DNA of 64,000 nucleotides from Octopus sinensis. Its lineage: Eukaryota. Positions 14,349 through 27,631 of the stretch are shown piece by piece. The notes beneath the pieces were generated by a model, which was given only the letters and a program-made list of their open reading frames with translations, was not told the origin of the DNA and did not search any database. The position numbers and the translations under genes were made by a program. How positions within the stretch are numbered: position 1 is the first letter of the stretch; every line of letters begins with the position of its first letter. The stretch spans positions 24,614,001 to 24,678,000 of the forward strand of contig NC_043020.1 in assembly GCF_006345805.1 (NCBI RefSeq). The letters run 5' to 3'.

Positions 14349-14650
14349 GAAGGAGAAGGAGAAGAAGAAGAAGATGAAGAAAGAAGAAGAAGAAGAAGAA
14401 GAAGAAGAAGAAGAAGAAGAAGAAGAAGAAGGAGAAGATGGGGAAGAAGGAAAGAAGAAACTGAAAGATGAAGACGAAAAGCGAAGAAGGAAAAAATGAC
14501 GAAGAAAGCGAAGTGTAAGAAATCGAATAAGACGAAAAAGACGATGTGAAAGCAGAGGAAGAATAAGAAGAAGACGAGGAAGAAGGAAGAAAACGTAGAC
14601 GAAAGAGGTAGAAGGGGAATAACAGAAGAAAAAGAAACAAGGAAGAAAGT
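14098..14650. repeat. (AAG)n/(AGG)n microsatellite within a long polypurine tract
   Basis: Direct reading; produces the poly-R/E/F/L/S ORFs. Confidence 0.95.
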
Positions 14651-15101
14651 ATGTTGAACATTGAGGTCTCGTTTTACTTATTTCTGTATAAAGCGGCGAA
14701 TTATTCGAGGTTTTAGCGTTTTGCATAGAATACATTGCGGTATTTCTTTCGGTTCTCTCAGGTCGGAACTGAAATTCCGTCGAAATCAATTTAGATTTTC
14801 GTCCCTTCGAAATTTTTAAGCGAAATACTTGTAAAGTACTTAGGTTCAATGTTAGTTCCTCACTTGCCCTGCTCAGAATTGAGCAGGCGACGCCTTAAAA
14901 TGGCCCCCCCCCCTCCACCATATATATATTACTGTGTCTGGAGAGAGTCATTCTGTTTTAGGGCCTTATTATTTAACAACTCATCGGTTCGATTGCCACT
15001 CAATTATTTATTCTTTCTAAAATATTCGTTGCGTCTTACAACCTTTCCAATAGAAAACAATAAGTAAATGAGAGGATTTCGAACTGGTGACTATTAAATA
15101 A

Positions 15102-15482
15102 TCTCTCTCTATATAAACGGCAGTTTGTCTGTGCGTGTTTCTGTGTGTCTGTTTGCTTGTACCCTAACCCTGACCACGGCTTTCAACCGATTCTGATGAA
15201 ACTTGACACACACATAGCCCAATGTCATAATTCAAAACTAACGCAGCGAAAATTTTGAAAAGTTCCCCCAGTTCTGAAAAAAATTGATAAATTCGACATG
15301 GGGTCGAGAATCAAAACACAAACCGCAAACTGTCTAGGGGACGCAACTCCACCTTTTTTAACTAAAAAAAAATTTAGCATAATTTTTTTCCATTTTTTGG
15401 CCATTTTTTGGCTATAACTCTCTAAAAATGCTTTATAGTTATTTCCCTTACAAACCTGAGCAACGCCGGGTGATACTGCTAG
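15102..15482 (+). mobile_element. Non-autonomous Helitron
   Basis: 5' A|TC start, subterminal GC hairpin CCTGAGCAACGCCGGG, 3' CTAG|T end, no TSD; ends shared with the elements at 40567-41320. Confidence 0.85.
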
Positions 15483-15584
15483 TAAGAAACTAAAAGAGAA
15501 TGACTCTCCCCAGACAAAATAAAATATGCTTCAACACTCAAATTCCCATAAAGAATCTTGCAAACTTTATATATATATATATAC

Positions 15585-15989
15585 TCAAAATAAGCAACAA
15601 GGATATCCAAGGTAGTGTAGTACAATCGTTTCATGCTACTTCATTTTATTAAACAATGTAAGTATTACATCAGTTTTAAAATGTAGAGCATTCTTCAGAC
15701 ATATATACAATTTTTTAATTAAATAGACAATGTACATTTATACTTTTTCATTTGCCAACATTACAAAGAGGGTAGATATATAAGAACATGGTAGTTAGTA
15801 GAAGGTCCTTCTCCATCTGCAGATTTTTATAAAAAATGTACATTGTCTATTTAATTTTAAAAATTCTATATGTAGCTGAATAATGCTCTACATTTCAAAA
15901 CTGATGTAATACTTACAGTGTTTAATAAAATGAAGTAGCATGAAACGATTGTACAACACTACCTTGGATATCCTTGTTGCTTATTTTGA
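15585..15989. repeat. Long inverted repeat (~155-bp arms 15585-15739 / 15834-15989), probable Penelope-like pLTR derivative
   Basis: Arms are near-exact reverse complements; flanked by (TA)n; each arm holds a hammerhead-like motif. Confidence 0.85.
15871..15958 (+). ncRNA. Degenerate type I hammerhead ribozyme (mirror copy on - strand at 15616-15702)
   Basis: TGTAG-CTGAATA-ATGCT...AGCAT-GAAA-C-GATT-GTA-CAACA; the minus-strand copy has the canonical CTGAAGA and ...GTA-CTACA. Confidence 0.6.
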
Positions 15990-16148
15990 TTATAATCACC
16001 CCGTTTGATTTATATGAATAATACCATACCAAATTCTGGTGCCTGTAACTTAAGTACCATATTCATCTGAATCTAAATTTTGCTGAATATATATATATAT
16101 ATATTATGTATGTATGTATGTATGTATGTATGTATGTATGTATGTATG

Positions 16149-16216
<68 letters not shown>

Positions 16217-16851
16217 GAGATAGAGAGAGATGACAATCTAAAGGACTCCGGGTAAGTAAATATATGTAAACGCTTGATTCCAGTGTAAATTTTGTATTAT
16301 TCGATACTAATAGGAGATAGCTTACATGTTTTCTACTACATGAAGGAATTTTGTAAGTCCTATCAGCAAATGGAACACGTGTAATGGTGAATAAATACTA
16401 AAAACTTTTCCTATCATATGTTTTCATTATACACACACACACACACACACACATACACACACACACACACACACAGACGCCTGTATACAGATGTACTAAC
16501 TAGCCCAGGCACACACAGACACAGATATGAACGCAAATGCACGCATAGACAATGCAAAGACGCATTTGTGCTTACAGCTCCCCCTCTGTGACATGAAGTC
16601 AAATTTCCAACGTCTTTAGCGTTCCTATGTCGCTTATTCATGTCGGTCAATCGATTTCAACACGACTGGTTCACCTGACATCACGCGACCTTGTTAAGAG
16701 CTTCCAGTGAACTCTTCCACATTTACACACGTTGTACGCGCAACATTACTTTTTTTAATATAAGTAGACACACATATATTGATAAATGTATGCTTATGTA
16801 TGCGCGTATATATATATATATATATAAATATATACATAGATATATATATAC

Positions 16852-16887
<36 letters not shown>

Positions 16888-17160
16888 GTATATACATATA
16901 TATATATATACACACACATGTATATAAATATATACATAGATATATACACACACATACATACACACACATATATACACAGACGCACATGCATATATATATA
17001 TTTATATATACGCATATGCCTGTGTACATATACATATATCTAAACATATACATGAATATATAGACACATTCCCATGCATACATTCATAGTATATCAATAT
17101 ACATACATATATACAGACATATGCATACACAAACATACACACAAATGCACATATATACAT

Positions 17161-17215
<55 letters not shown>

Positions 17216-17394
17216 CTTATAAGCTGAGCAAAAGTTGTACGTACGCCGCTAAATATAAATCCCAAAAGCGGAACAAGAATGCAAAGGAGGATAATATAAA
17301 ATATGCGGACAGATGGACGATACAAAGACGGACAGGAAAACCAGGACGGAACATTCTTGGCTTTCTATACACATATATATTTACATACACATGT

Positions 17395-17473
<79 letters not shown>

Positions 17474-17524
17474 GTTGTCTACTCCTTGTGCAGAGTTTGA
17501 CCGCCTCCTGTACCTACACGGTTG

Positions 17525-17905
17525 CACCATCATGGCATCTGACGTGGCTTTTTAAACCAGACAATGTTTAAAAATTGCATATCTGATTTGAACCAAGAGC
17601 TGCAGATAAGTTCTGATCTTTGTGGATCTTAAAATGCCTTTTAAGGCCTCCGTAAGATTTGCAGAGCTTCTGGCATACATTGCATTGAAAGGTGTACACA
17701 GACATAGAAATAGTTGGTGGAGGTTCGTTTTCCATGGATTTGCAAATGAGATTTGAGCCCAGCCAAAGAAAGGCCTGGTCGGTCAAAAACTGCGCATACA
17801 AAAAGCTCATTGTGATTCGCCTTCTCGATCGTAACATTCTTCTTTGAATCTCTTTTGAGTTCTGCATGTGTTATCCTGGCCTATTCAAACTTAACTCCAC
17901 ACATT
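17525..17905 (-). mobile_element. RTE-clade LINE 3' fragment with terminal C2H2-like knuckle
   Basis: FQCNVCQKLCKSYGGLKRHFKIH, preceded in another frame by GVKFE*ARITHAELKR; this CxxC...GLxxHxxxH C-terminus is typical of RTE ORFs; short (ATG)n-like tail. Confidence 0.7.
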
Positions 17906-18611
17906 GTATGTGTGTGCATACGTTTATATATATATATACATATATTATATATATATATGCATATATATACATACGCATGTACCCACTGAAAATTAACACC
18001 GCCACTTTTTCTCTCTCCTTGTTTTAATACTCAAGTATACAGTATATAAAACATACATATTTACAGACACGTATACATATACAGACACACACACACAGTC
18101 AAGCATATATATACACATACATATACACACATAGGCACATATAAATATACACACATAAATACACATACATACATGGCCAGTAACATTAGCCTTGCGTAGA
18201 GACGGAGCGAGTGAGAAAGAGAAAGAGGTAGAAGTACTTGCAGACAAAGGAAGTCAGTCAAAGAGAATAAGTGATGTAGCTTAATCCACAAAGAATGTTA
18301 ATCTGTGAATATCCCGCCTAAGCCCATCCCATTTACACCAATTTCGATTCGATGGACTTCTTGACCTCCACCGTCTTAACTTCTACACACACATCGTATC
18401 TTACGACTATACATACATATATGTGTGTGTGTATGTGTGTGCTACTTCTATATTCATATCTTTGCACATTCATATAAATATGCGTGTATATATATATGAA
18501 TCTGCATGCATATGAATGTGTATAGATTATATATATATACACACACACAATCAAGTATGTATGTATGTACCATGTGAGTGCAAGTGTGTGTTTTATGCGA
18601 AGATACCAATG

Positions 18612-18800
18612 CCAGGAAATTTTATAGGAGGGAGTAAATCGATCAGATCCACCCCAGTGTACAACTGGTACTTATTTTATCAGACTCTGAACGGATAACA
18701 TGCAAGGTCGACTCGGGTGGAATTTGAACTCAGAACGTAAAGGCAGATGAAATGCCGCTAACCCCTTTGCGAGCTACTAATTCTGTCACCTCGCTTCCTT
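18612..18800 (-). mobile_element. SINE family A, diverged copy
   Basis: accccagtgtacaactggtactt...ggaatttgaactcagaacgtaa matches family A in reverse. Confidence 0.8.
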
Positions 18801-19357
18801 AAAGATGCCAAGGATATAAAGACTTGCTGCTTTACTCAACAGACTAGACACAACTAACCACTGGCGATTCCTCGGGGCATTTGAAACTTGTGTACCAACA
18901 TAAGAATCACTTTAAAACTACATTATCTCATTGTTTTACAAAATATCTGGAGTTTTTGTGTGCTTTTTATTTTATCACTGGACTCAAAACTTGAAGGACC
19001 AGAACAAATACCTTTACGTATTTTGTTCGACGCTCAAACGATTCTGCTAATTCTAAATATTGTTTCTGTCTTTAGCACTTTTTGCTTTATTAAACTAAGG
19101 GCTAGCATCCACTTCACCATTAAGTTACCATGCAACCGAGTCGCTGGGTACTTTCGCAATAAGAACAAATATGTGGTGCTGAAGTGAACACTGATGTCTA
19201 AATCTATCATGGAGTAAAATAAATGAAAGATTAAATATATACTATAGTTAACACAAGAGAGAAAATTGTTGACAGACAAGGGCTTATAATTTCCAAGTGA
19301 TATTAGAGTTGTGGCATTAATCCCGTGACATATGCGTGTGATGATTGCCTATCTTGG

Positions 19358-19625
19358 CACGTAACAATCCAGAGACACACGCACATCCTAAATGATTCCT
19401 TCCAGTTCACAAAAGACTGGAATATGTACAAAAATAGACAAACAGATATACCCACAATCACACCTAAACAAATACCTCTGCTGAAGATGACCCTGGCTGT
19501 CGCTCAGGCGACCAGGTACTCGTGACTGAGGACGGGCCAACCAGCTCGAAACTGAGTTAGTCTCGCAATATTGTTGTCTGTTAGAGGATGGTAGGGCTTT
19601 GCTACCCATGCCAGCAATAAATATT
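19358..19625 (+). mobile_element. Probable 3' end of a Penelope-like retroelement (endonuclease tail plus hammerhead-containing terminal repeat)
   Basis: Translation VTIQRHTHILNDSFQFTKDW resembles the C-terminal motif of PLE GIY-YIG domains; followed by CCTCTG-CTGAAGAT-GA...TC-GAAAC...GTT-AGAGG and then (TA)n. Confidence 0.55.
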
Positions 19626-19939
19626 GTATTATATATATATATATATACATATAGTGCAGCGCCGCACCGATGACCAGCTGGCGGAAGATCTGCCTGGGAT
19701 TAAACTAGTAGTAACATGGAACAGCCACAATGATTTGGCGATTATCTTTGCTTGTTGGTATAGTTACTACTCTGATCTCTTCTTGAGATTTTTACAATTA
19801 GCTATTTTACATTATTTACAATTGACGGATATCTGTCCTCATCTTGTTTGTTGTTATATGAAGGGAACTCAAATCCATTGCAGGGTCAGTCCCCAGGTGG
19901 CGCTTGCGCTGTCATTTTTGATTTTTTTCTTTTGCTGGA

Positions 19940-20050
19940 CATGAGCAACACGAAATGAAGTATTTCGATCGAGGGTACAACACTCGCCATCCGGCCCTGG
20001 ATTCAAACTCGTGAACTATTTATCGAGAACTATATACTCTGTCCATTGGC
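19940..20050 (-). mobile_element. SINE family C, degraded
   Basis: gagcaacacgaaatgaagtatt...caacac...attcaaactcgtga is reverse-similar to the 26602 copy. Confidence 0.5.
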
Positions 20051-20759
20051 CCTTGTATGGGTGTTAGTGTATGTATATGTGTTTGTGTGATCAGTTATGG
20101 GTGCCAAGCACAACTGTACACCAGCAGGCGGATAAACGAATAATTCACAGCAATGTTATGCGATCAATATATCAATATACACCAAAGAGTGTGTGCGTAT
20201 ATACACATACTCACGCGCGCGCGTATATATATTATATAGAAAACTTACATGGCAATATGCATACGCAGGCATAAGTTTCTTTGTCTTTCAAATCGTAAAT
20301 GGTTTCGAAGCAATCAACCAGAAGATTAATAAACAGAAAACCTCTTACATTTACATTTATACCCAACCTTACACGAAAATAAATAAATAAATAAACGTAT
20401 ATGGACTTACACTAATACATAATCAAACACCTAATATATTCACACCCACACAAACATATATACCGCAATATATTTACTCACACATCTATGCGTACACATT
20501 TACGACAGTATTTCACTCGACAAAAGAAAACTGGATCAACGGTGATGTATTGGGAAATTGGGAATAAAAAACGAAAGCTTTTACCTAGAAAGGGCGTGAA
20601 TCTAGGGGCGGGAACCTGTTGGGCGTTCCCACAGAAAGGGAGACAATAAAGAAAAAAACTATTATACTTGTCCGGTATTGAATGACGTAAGAAGTAGTTA
20701 AATAATTGAAAGTTGAGGATAGCCAGGTAAAAATGGAGGGAAAAGGATATGAGGAAGAG

Positions 20760-20821
<62 letters not shown>

Positions 20822-21117
20822 AGAAGAAGAATTAAACCAATGTAGTAATGAAAATAAAACAATAGCTATTGATAATTTAGTTGTGTCTGGTTACCAAGAC
20901 ACGTACACAGATATTACACATCAACGCCCGTTTCATCCACAGTGTTACTGTCCCCGCGCATGCTCAGTGTAGTGAAGTTTGAATGTAGTGAACCATCGGG
21001 TAAAAACCTATGTGTGTTTGTATGGATGAGTATTTGCGTGTTTAAATGTATACACAAATACCTATGTGTGTGTGTATTAGATAGATCCATACATACATAC
21101 GTCTATGTATGTGAATT

Positions 21118-21219
<102 letters not shown>

Positions 21220-22007
21220 GCACATTCGATATCATACGAGTGTCTTATAATTGTTTATGTTTGTGTATAAGCTTAGTGACTAATCAAAACGGATTTACTG
21301 GGATTAAGAAGACAGCAACAACAATAAACGCCAGAAAGGAGATTTTAAACTTATAACTGTTGTTCCTATAGTTGGTCTATTATTTCATTGATATTATTAT
21401 TATTATCATCATCATTATTGTTATTATTATCGTTGATGTCTGCTTCTTGATACAGTTCCACTGTTGCTAAAATTATTATGTTTTTACTTGTTGTTGTCGT
21501 TTCGTTAATTTGTTTATATTTCGCTGTCATCTTTGTTCTTGCTTCTTATTTTCTTGTTTTTCTAGTCAACCATTTTGTTTTTGTTTGGTTGTTGCACTAA
21601 CTATTCTTCTCATCGTTGTTGTTTTGTTCAAGATCAGATATATTAAGATAATGTGCAATATAGAGCCGGATAAATATCAAGCTTAAAATAATGAAAAGGG
21701 ATGCCCAAGACGGCCCAGCTTTGACCACCCAGATTAATCAAGGACGACATTAAAGATTGTCTCAATATAGCATTTTTGTATATTATTAAAGAAGAAAGGC
21801 AGATTGGATATTATCTGACGATGGTGTTGATGGCGCTGAGTGGTGTTAATGCTGGTGAAAATGGTGTGATTTGGTTTCTATATCTAGCAGGACAAATGTC
21901 CATACACACGCTCAGCAAAAACCTTCCCATTCTAGTAAACGTTACTGAAATATCAAGCTCCATTAAATTTATATATGTAACATATAACTTTATATATATG
22001 TATTCGC

Positions 22008-22182
22008 TCTTTTACTCTTTTATTTGTTTCAGTCATTTGACTGTGGCCATGCTGGAGCACCGCCTTTTCTCGAGCAAATCGACCCCAGGACTTATTGTTT
22101 GTAAGCCTAGTACTTATTCTATCAGTCTCTTTTGCCGAACCGCACACCAGCATCGGTTGTCAAACCGGGAGGACAAACACAG

Positions 22183-22225
<43 letters not shown>

Positions 22226-22391
22226 TATATATATATACATATATACGAGGGGCTTCTTTAAGTTTCCGTCTACCAAACCAACTCACAAGGCTTTGGTCGG
22301 CCGGAGGCTATAGTAAAAGACACTTACCCAAGGTGCCACGCAGAGGACTGAACCAGGAACCATGTGGTTGGTAAGCAAGCCACTCCTACGC
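22008..22391 (-). mobile_element. SINE family B with internal (CA)n/(TA)n
   Basis: Near full-length reverse copy: tail 22020-22065, CORE-like cccaaggtgccac at ~22327-22339. Confidence 0.88.
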
Positions 22392-22489
22392 ATATATATA
22401 TGTATGTATGTATGTATGTATATACATATATATGCGCGCGAAAAGGTACATTTGTTTCTTTAAGTGAAGGTAAGAGTCTGTGTGTTCCT

Positions 22490-22725
22490 CTCGCCTCATC
22501 TTCGCACACTTATTATTCCTGAGATGGTCGGTGAGGAGGCAGAATTCTGAAGCATGCCTTCCATCGGGTCCTCTCAGATGCAACCGTCTCCAATTGATTC
22601 GATTGAATCCCCAAAGACAGACTAATCGAAACCAAACGAGTTCATGGATGCTATCCAACCATCTTGCGCGTGGTATATATAACCCTCGGTCTTCTGCCGA
22701 TTGGATTCTGTCCCCGTTGAGACGC
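22490..22725 (-). mobile_element. RTE (Expander/Rex3-like) LINE 3' fragment, degenerate
   Basis: PRARWLDSIHELVWFRL and, in a shifted frame, ACFRILPPHRP resemble the RTE terminal PRTRW.D.I..LAW.RL...LLPPRP motif. Confidence 0.6.
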
Positions 22726-23196
22726 ACTGGTCTCTTTGTCTTTTACTTTTGTTGTTGTTTAGCCCCGGGTTTTAGCAGAACTACGATCTTAAGGCGCTCC
22801 TACATGGTTTTTGGCATTGTGTCTCCTTCTCGTTTAAAGAAAGCAACATGCAATCTGATGTAGATTTCGCTGTTATTTTTAGCAGTTTCAGCGATCGTTG
22901 TCACATTATTTTGATTTTATCATACTTTTATATATGTCGATGATGATTGTGGGCTTAACGATGAAGCAAAGCGGAAAGTAGAATATAGCGATCATGTTGA
23001 TGATGACTGTGGTGATGGTGATGATGATCGTAATAGCGATGATAATGACGATGATAATGACGATGATGATACTGATGATTGTGATGATGGTGGCATCGGT
23101 TGTGATGATGATGATGATTCTGGTGATGATGACAGTAATGTTGATGTAATGTCAAACATACAACATACTTCTCTCTTCTCCATTTCCCCTTGCTTA

Positions 23197-23270
<74 letters not shown>

Positions 23271-23706
23271 TCAAATCGTCTGACAGTCTCATCTCAAAAA
23301 CTCGTGGGACGTTGTGACGTTTATGACTTTCCTCGTTAACACATTAACGACGTAAGCCGTAAATTGAAAATGGCGCCAATCTGCAATCGAAGCCTTTTAG
23401 TCAGATAACCAAATATTATCTTGTAACTTTGGCTTCCTGTGCGATATCTGATATCCAAATGTTATCAGTATAGCAATAAAGATAGCGTTATCACCGTCTA
23501 AACTGTTTCTCCTCGAGTCGAGGAACAAAGGCCTGCATTTATTACAGACACACGAGATGTTGTGAACGGTATGCCGTTCTCTAGTTACCAGTATATTTTT
23601 GTTTCTGCTGAACTATGATCTGGAATTGTTATCGGAGTTTCTCAATAAAATGGCGTTTATTAGTTCATTTGGCTTACTTTCGTTATCTTTTAAATGTCAC
23701 TCTTTT

Positions 23707-23759
<53 letters not shown>

Positions 23760-25093
23760 CGGCACTTCGCAATAAAGATGGCGTCGTTAGTCCATTTGCT
23801 TGCCCACATTATCGTTTAAATGTCATTCGCCGTATATACACGTTTACCGGCATATACAGAGACATATGTGTGTGCAAATATATGTATGTGTTCGTATAGA
23901 CAGATGTTTATACATACGTATATAACAACACAGATACACGCACATATATTTATACACATTTATAACGATGCGTATATCAATTATAATACATACATAAACT
24001 CAGAACGCCACTGGCTGTAGGAATTTAATCTACTGCTGTTTTAAGTGTGTCTGCGGGTGTATATATATATATTGGTGTCCTGTACACATATATGCGTGTA
24101 TATGTACATGTAGAGGTAGGTACGTACATATATGTTTATATATATGCATATGTTCTATTTTATTAACTTACTATATATATATATATATATATATAATGCT
24201 TTGTCGTAATGGAAAAAGTTACTGTTGAACAGACAGTTCTCCATACATAACGTAAATTATTTGAAATATATTCTCATTTATTGTTAATCGTAGAATACAG
24301 CTCTACTGGACTATGTTAAAAAGTAAAGACAGCTGAACCACGCCAAAAAGATGGCTAAATTACCGTCAGCAGAATATCGGAACCTGTCTATAGATTTTCT
24401 AGTTCTGTCGATGGTTCGTTAGAAAAGGAACTCGTTTCGCTCTGAAGCGAGATTAATAGTTTTTAGCTACTATATATACATATCAAATATGTATGTATAG
24501 CTAAATTGTCGTCTAAATTGCATCACAGTATATGCGTTGATGACGTAGTTTTACAGCTGTTGGTTGGTTATTTGAGAGGAAGGGATCCCTATTGTACTAT
24601 CACCATAGTTGTGTGTGGCCCCCACTCGAGAGACACACCTAGAATCTCCTTTCCAAAGTTACCGATGCCATTAGTATAGCAAATTCTACGGAATTTCTAT
24701 TAATGCGATTAGCAATGAATTAATCGGCATCAGGACTTAACTAGTAATTATTCTATTAAGCGCCAGAAAGAGCGGAAGTAAAGTCGACCTCGGCAGGATT
24801 TGAACTGAGAACGTAAAGTACCGGGATAAACAGAGCAACGCTATTACTATTTTTTTAACTCAACCAACCAACTCAACCAACTGGACCAAATCACAGCTCC
24901 CTTCGTAATTCATCTGTAGGAAACGGTTTCAAATTAAACTTAAACCTATAAGAGATTCACAATATATTGTTTTTAGAGGGGCGGGGGAGTTTGAGAAAAA
25001 TAATTCTAAAATCGGTAAATTAAAATAATTATTCTTTTTCTCTCCTCTCAATTCTCTCGATATCAGCAGCAGCAGCAGCATTTTGTCACCCAT

Positions 25094-25139
<46 letters not shown>

Positions 25140-25571
25140 CACATCACAGCTGCTGATATTTGGACGGCACCTTCGTAGATTACCTTGTTATCAAGTACTA
25201 ACAAGGAAACAATATCAACACACCCGTGCACACACATGCCCCCTTGTCCCCTTATCCTCTCTGATAACATCGGCATCTCAGTTTTATCAATGAGATGTTC
25301 GTCTCCTTTCCCTTCTCTTCGTTTCTTAGTCATCACCCTTTTTATTTCTTTCTCCCCATCCGCTTCCATCATTCCTTCTTTTCTTCTAGCCTTTACCATC
25401 ATCATTTGCTTCAATACCAGCATTATATCCTTCTTTAACCCTTTTTTTTTTCAGCATTGCAAAAGGCCAGTATGATCCTAGTGGATCGTAAAGTCAGCTT
25501 CAGGAACACACTGGTCTTTCCAATACCTCCAGTCTCTATAATGTATATATATGTGCAGGGGGGGGGGGCAC

Positions 25572-25606
<35 letters not shown>

Positions 25607-26601
25607 ATGAAAAATTTAATGAAGCGGTGTTTGTTCTGTTGGAACCGAATAACCAACGGTGTTATCGCTCACAAGTGATTGACACTACACGCATAAACAC
25701 ACACGCACATTATATATATGCATGTGTGTGTGTTATGATTCTATGAGTATGTGTATATGTTTTTTTTGTTCTGTGTGTGTTTATGATTAACTGTATATGC
25801 GTGCGCGCGCAGTGCCCACTTAACGCACACAAAATTATCGCTTCTATGAAAGAGGCCCAAACAGTTCTGCTTTGGATCGATCTCTTCGACTGTTGTATGC
25901 CCACAGAATGAGACTGTAGCAACGTTGTAGAAAAACCATAAACTGAAATTTTCAACTTTCATTCAAAATGAGAAATTTTAGCGATGAAAAGAGAGGTAGA
26001 GAGGCAGAATACCCTACACCATTCCCTGGAAGCCCTTAGTTAATTTCATGAAATATTGACGATAACAAAAATTGCTTCTGGCGTTTTGTGGGACCTAGCT
26101 TCCCTAGCGAGTGTCACTTATGTTGAGTTAGAGGTTAAAATAACTGTCTAAGTGTTAGAAGTATCCATTACACTAGCGGTATATTACCTGTGTTTAACCA
26201 TGGGCATAGATATGCAAGCATATGTTCAGAAGTTATAAGACAAGGATAAACATTGGCTTATCAAGAATCAAAATTTAAAGAAAACAGAAAATGGAGAAAT
26301 ATTGACGAACAACTATTGCCTTACATCAATTAATAATAATAATAATTGATGTAAGTCAATGTTGTTCATTAGCAATTTTCCACTTTGTTTTCTATATATA
26401 TATATATTATAGATATATATATTATATATATATATATATATTTATTTATTTATTTATTTTATTATTTTTTTACTCGTTTCAGCCACGCGGCTGCAGTCAT
26501 GGTGGAACACGACCATTTATATATGTATGTGTGTGTATAAGGCGGTGCTCCAGCATGGCCGCAGTCAAATGACTGAATCAAGTAAAAGAATATATATAAT
26601 C

Positions 26602-26795
26602 GATGAGTGGTTAGGGTATTCGGCACAGGATCGGAAGTTCGTGAGTTCAATTCCCGACGACGCGTTGTGTTCTTGAGCAAAACACTTCATTTCACGTTTC
26701 CTGTATTTTAGAGGATCGGCTTTTTCACACTCTGTTTCCACCTTGAGGTTAAAGGTTACACGTTTCTGTGGAATATTCAGCCACATGCATGTTAA
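26602..26795 (+). mobile_element. SINE family C (tRNA-derived)
   Basis: AGTGGTTAGGG (A box), GAGTTCAATTCCC (B box), then TTGTGTTCTTGAGCAAAACACTT central domain. Confidence 0.7.
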
Positions 26796-27078
26796 TTTAT
26801 TTTATAAATACTGAGAGAAGATGAAATTGCTTTTGTTTTTCTTGCTTTCTTCAAAACACTGGATCTCGAAGTACATCACATAGAGCTATACTTAATAGCA
26901 TGCAAATATTGGGTTGAAAAGCAGTTTTGCGTAGAAAAAGGTAAACTTCGCAAATATAAAAAATGACAGATATGCGACGTGGAAGGATGTTGAGGTTCGT
27001 AAGAAGCGTAAATCTAAGGGAGGAATGGTGAGAAACGAACGACAAAGAAGACTGCATCCGTCCTTTTCACACAATATA

Positions 27079-27300
27079 CAATAACCCCTCAACTATCACG
27101 GGTGTTACATTCCAAAATCACCCGCGATAGGTGAAAATCCGTGAAGTAGAAACAGTACTCTACTGGATTTTCTAAAAATCATTTTTATAATTTGCATATA
27201 TTTATTTTATTATAAATGCAAGACAAAACCACGGAGGAATCGAGGTAAGCTTAAATGATAAACCGTGATAGGTGAACCGCGATAAGGCGAGGGGTTACTG
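27079..27300. mobile_element. pogo/Tigger-like MITE
   Basis: TA|CAATAACCCCTCAACTATCACGG ... CCGCGATAAGGCGAGGGGTTACTG|TA: imperfect ~25-bp TIRs, TA TSD, internal repeats of C(C)GCGATAGGTGAA. Confidence 0.8.
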
Positions 27301-27523
27301 TACAAACATATATATATATAATATATACATATATATATAATAATATATATATATATATATATATATATTAATATATATATACACATATATATATACAACA
27401 TATATACACACATATATATTATATATATGTGTGTGTGTATGTGTGTGTGTGTATAGACACATACATGTATGTGTGTGAATATATATATCTGTTATGTGTA
27501 TATATATGTGTATATAATGTGTG

Positions 27524-27559
<36 letters not shown>

Positions 27560-27577
27560 GATATATATATATATAAT

Positions 27578-27631
<54 letters not shown>

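Noticed and set aside
15661-15673. miR-12-like stretch AGTATTACATCAG
   Set aside because: Partial match with mismatched 5' and 3' ends, lying inside the repeat palindrome; probably chance.
17568-17867. Host C2H2 zinc-finger gene
   Set aside because: Single knuckle without TGEKP linkers; upstream frameshift and stop, and an RTE-like context.
24360-24470. Further degenerate hammerhead motifs on the minus strand
   Set aside because: Requires too many core substitutions to be supportable by eye.
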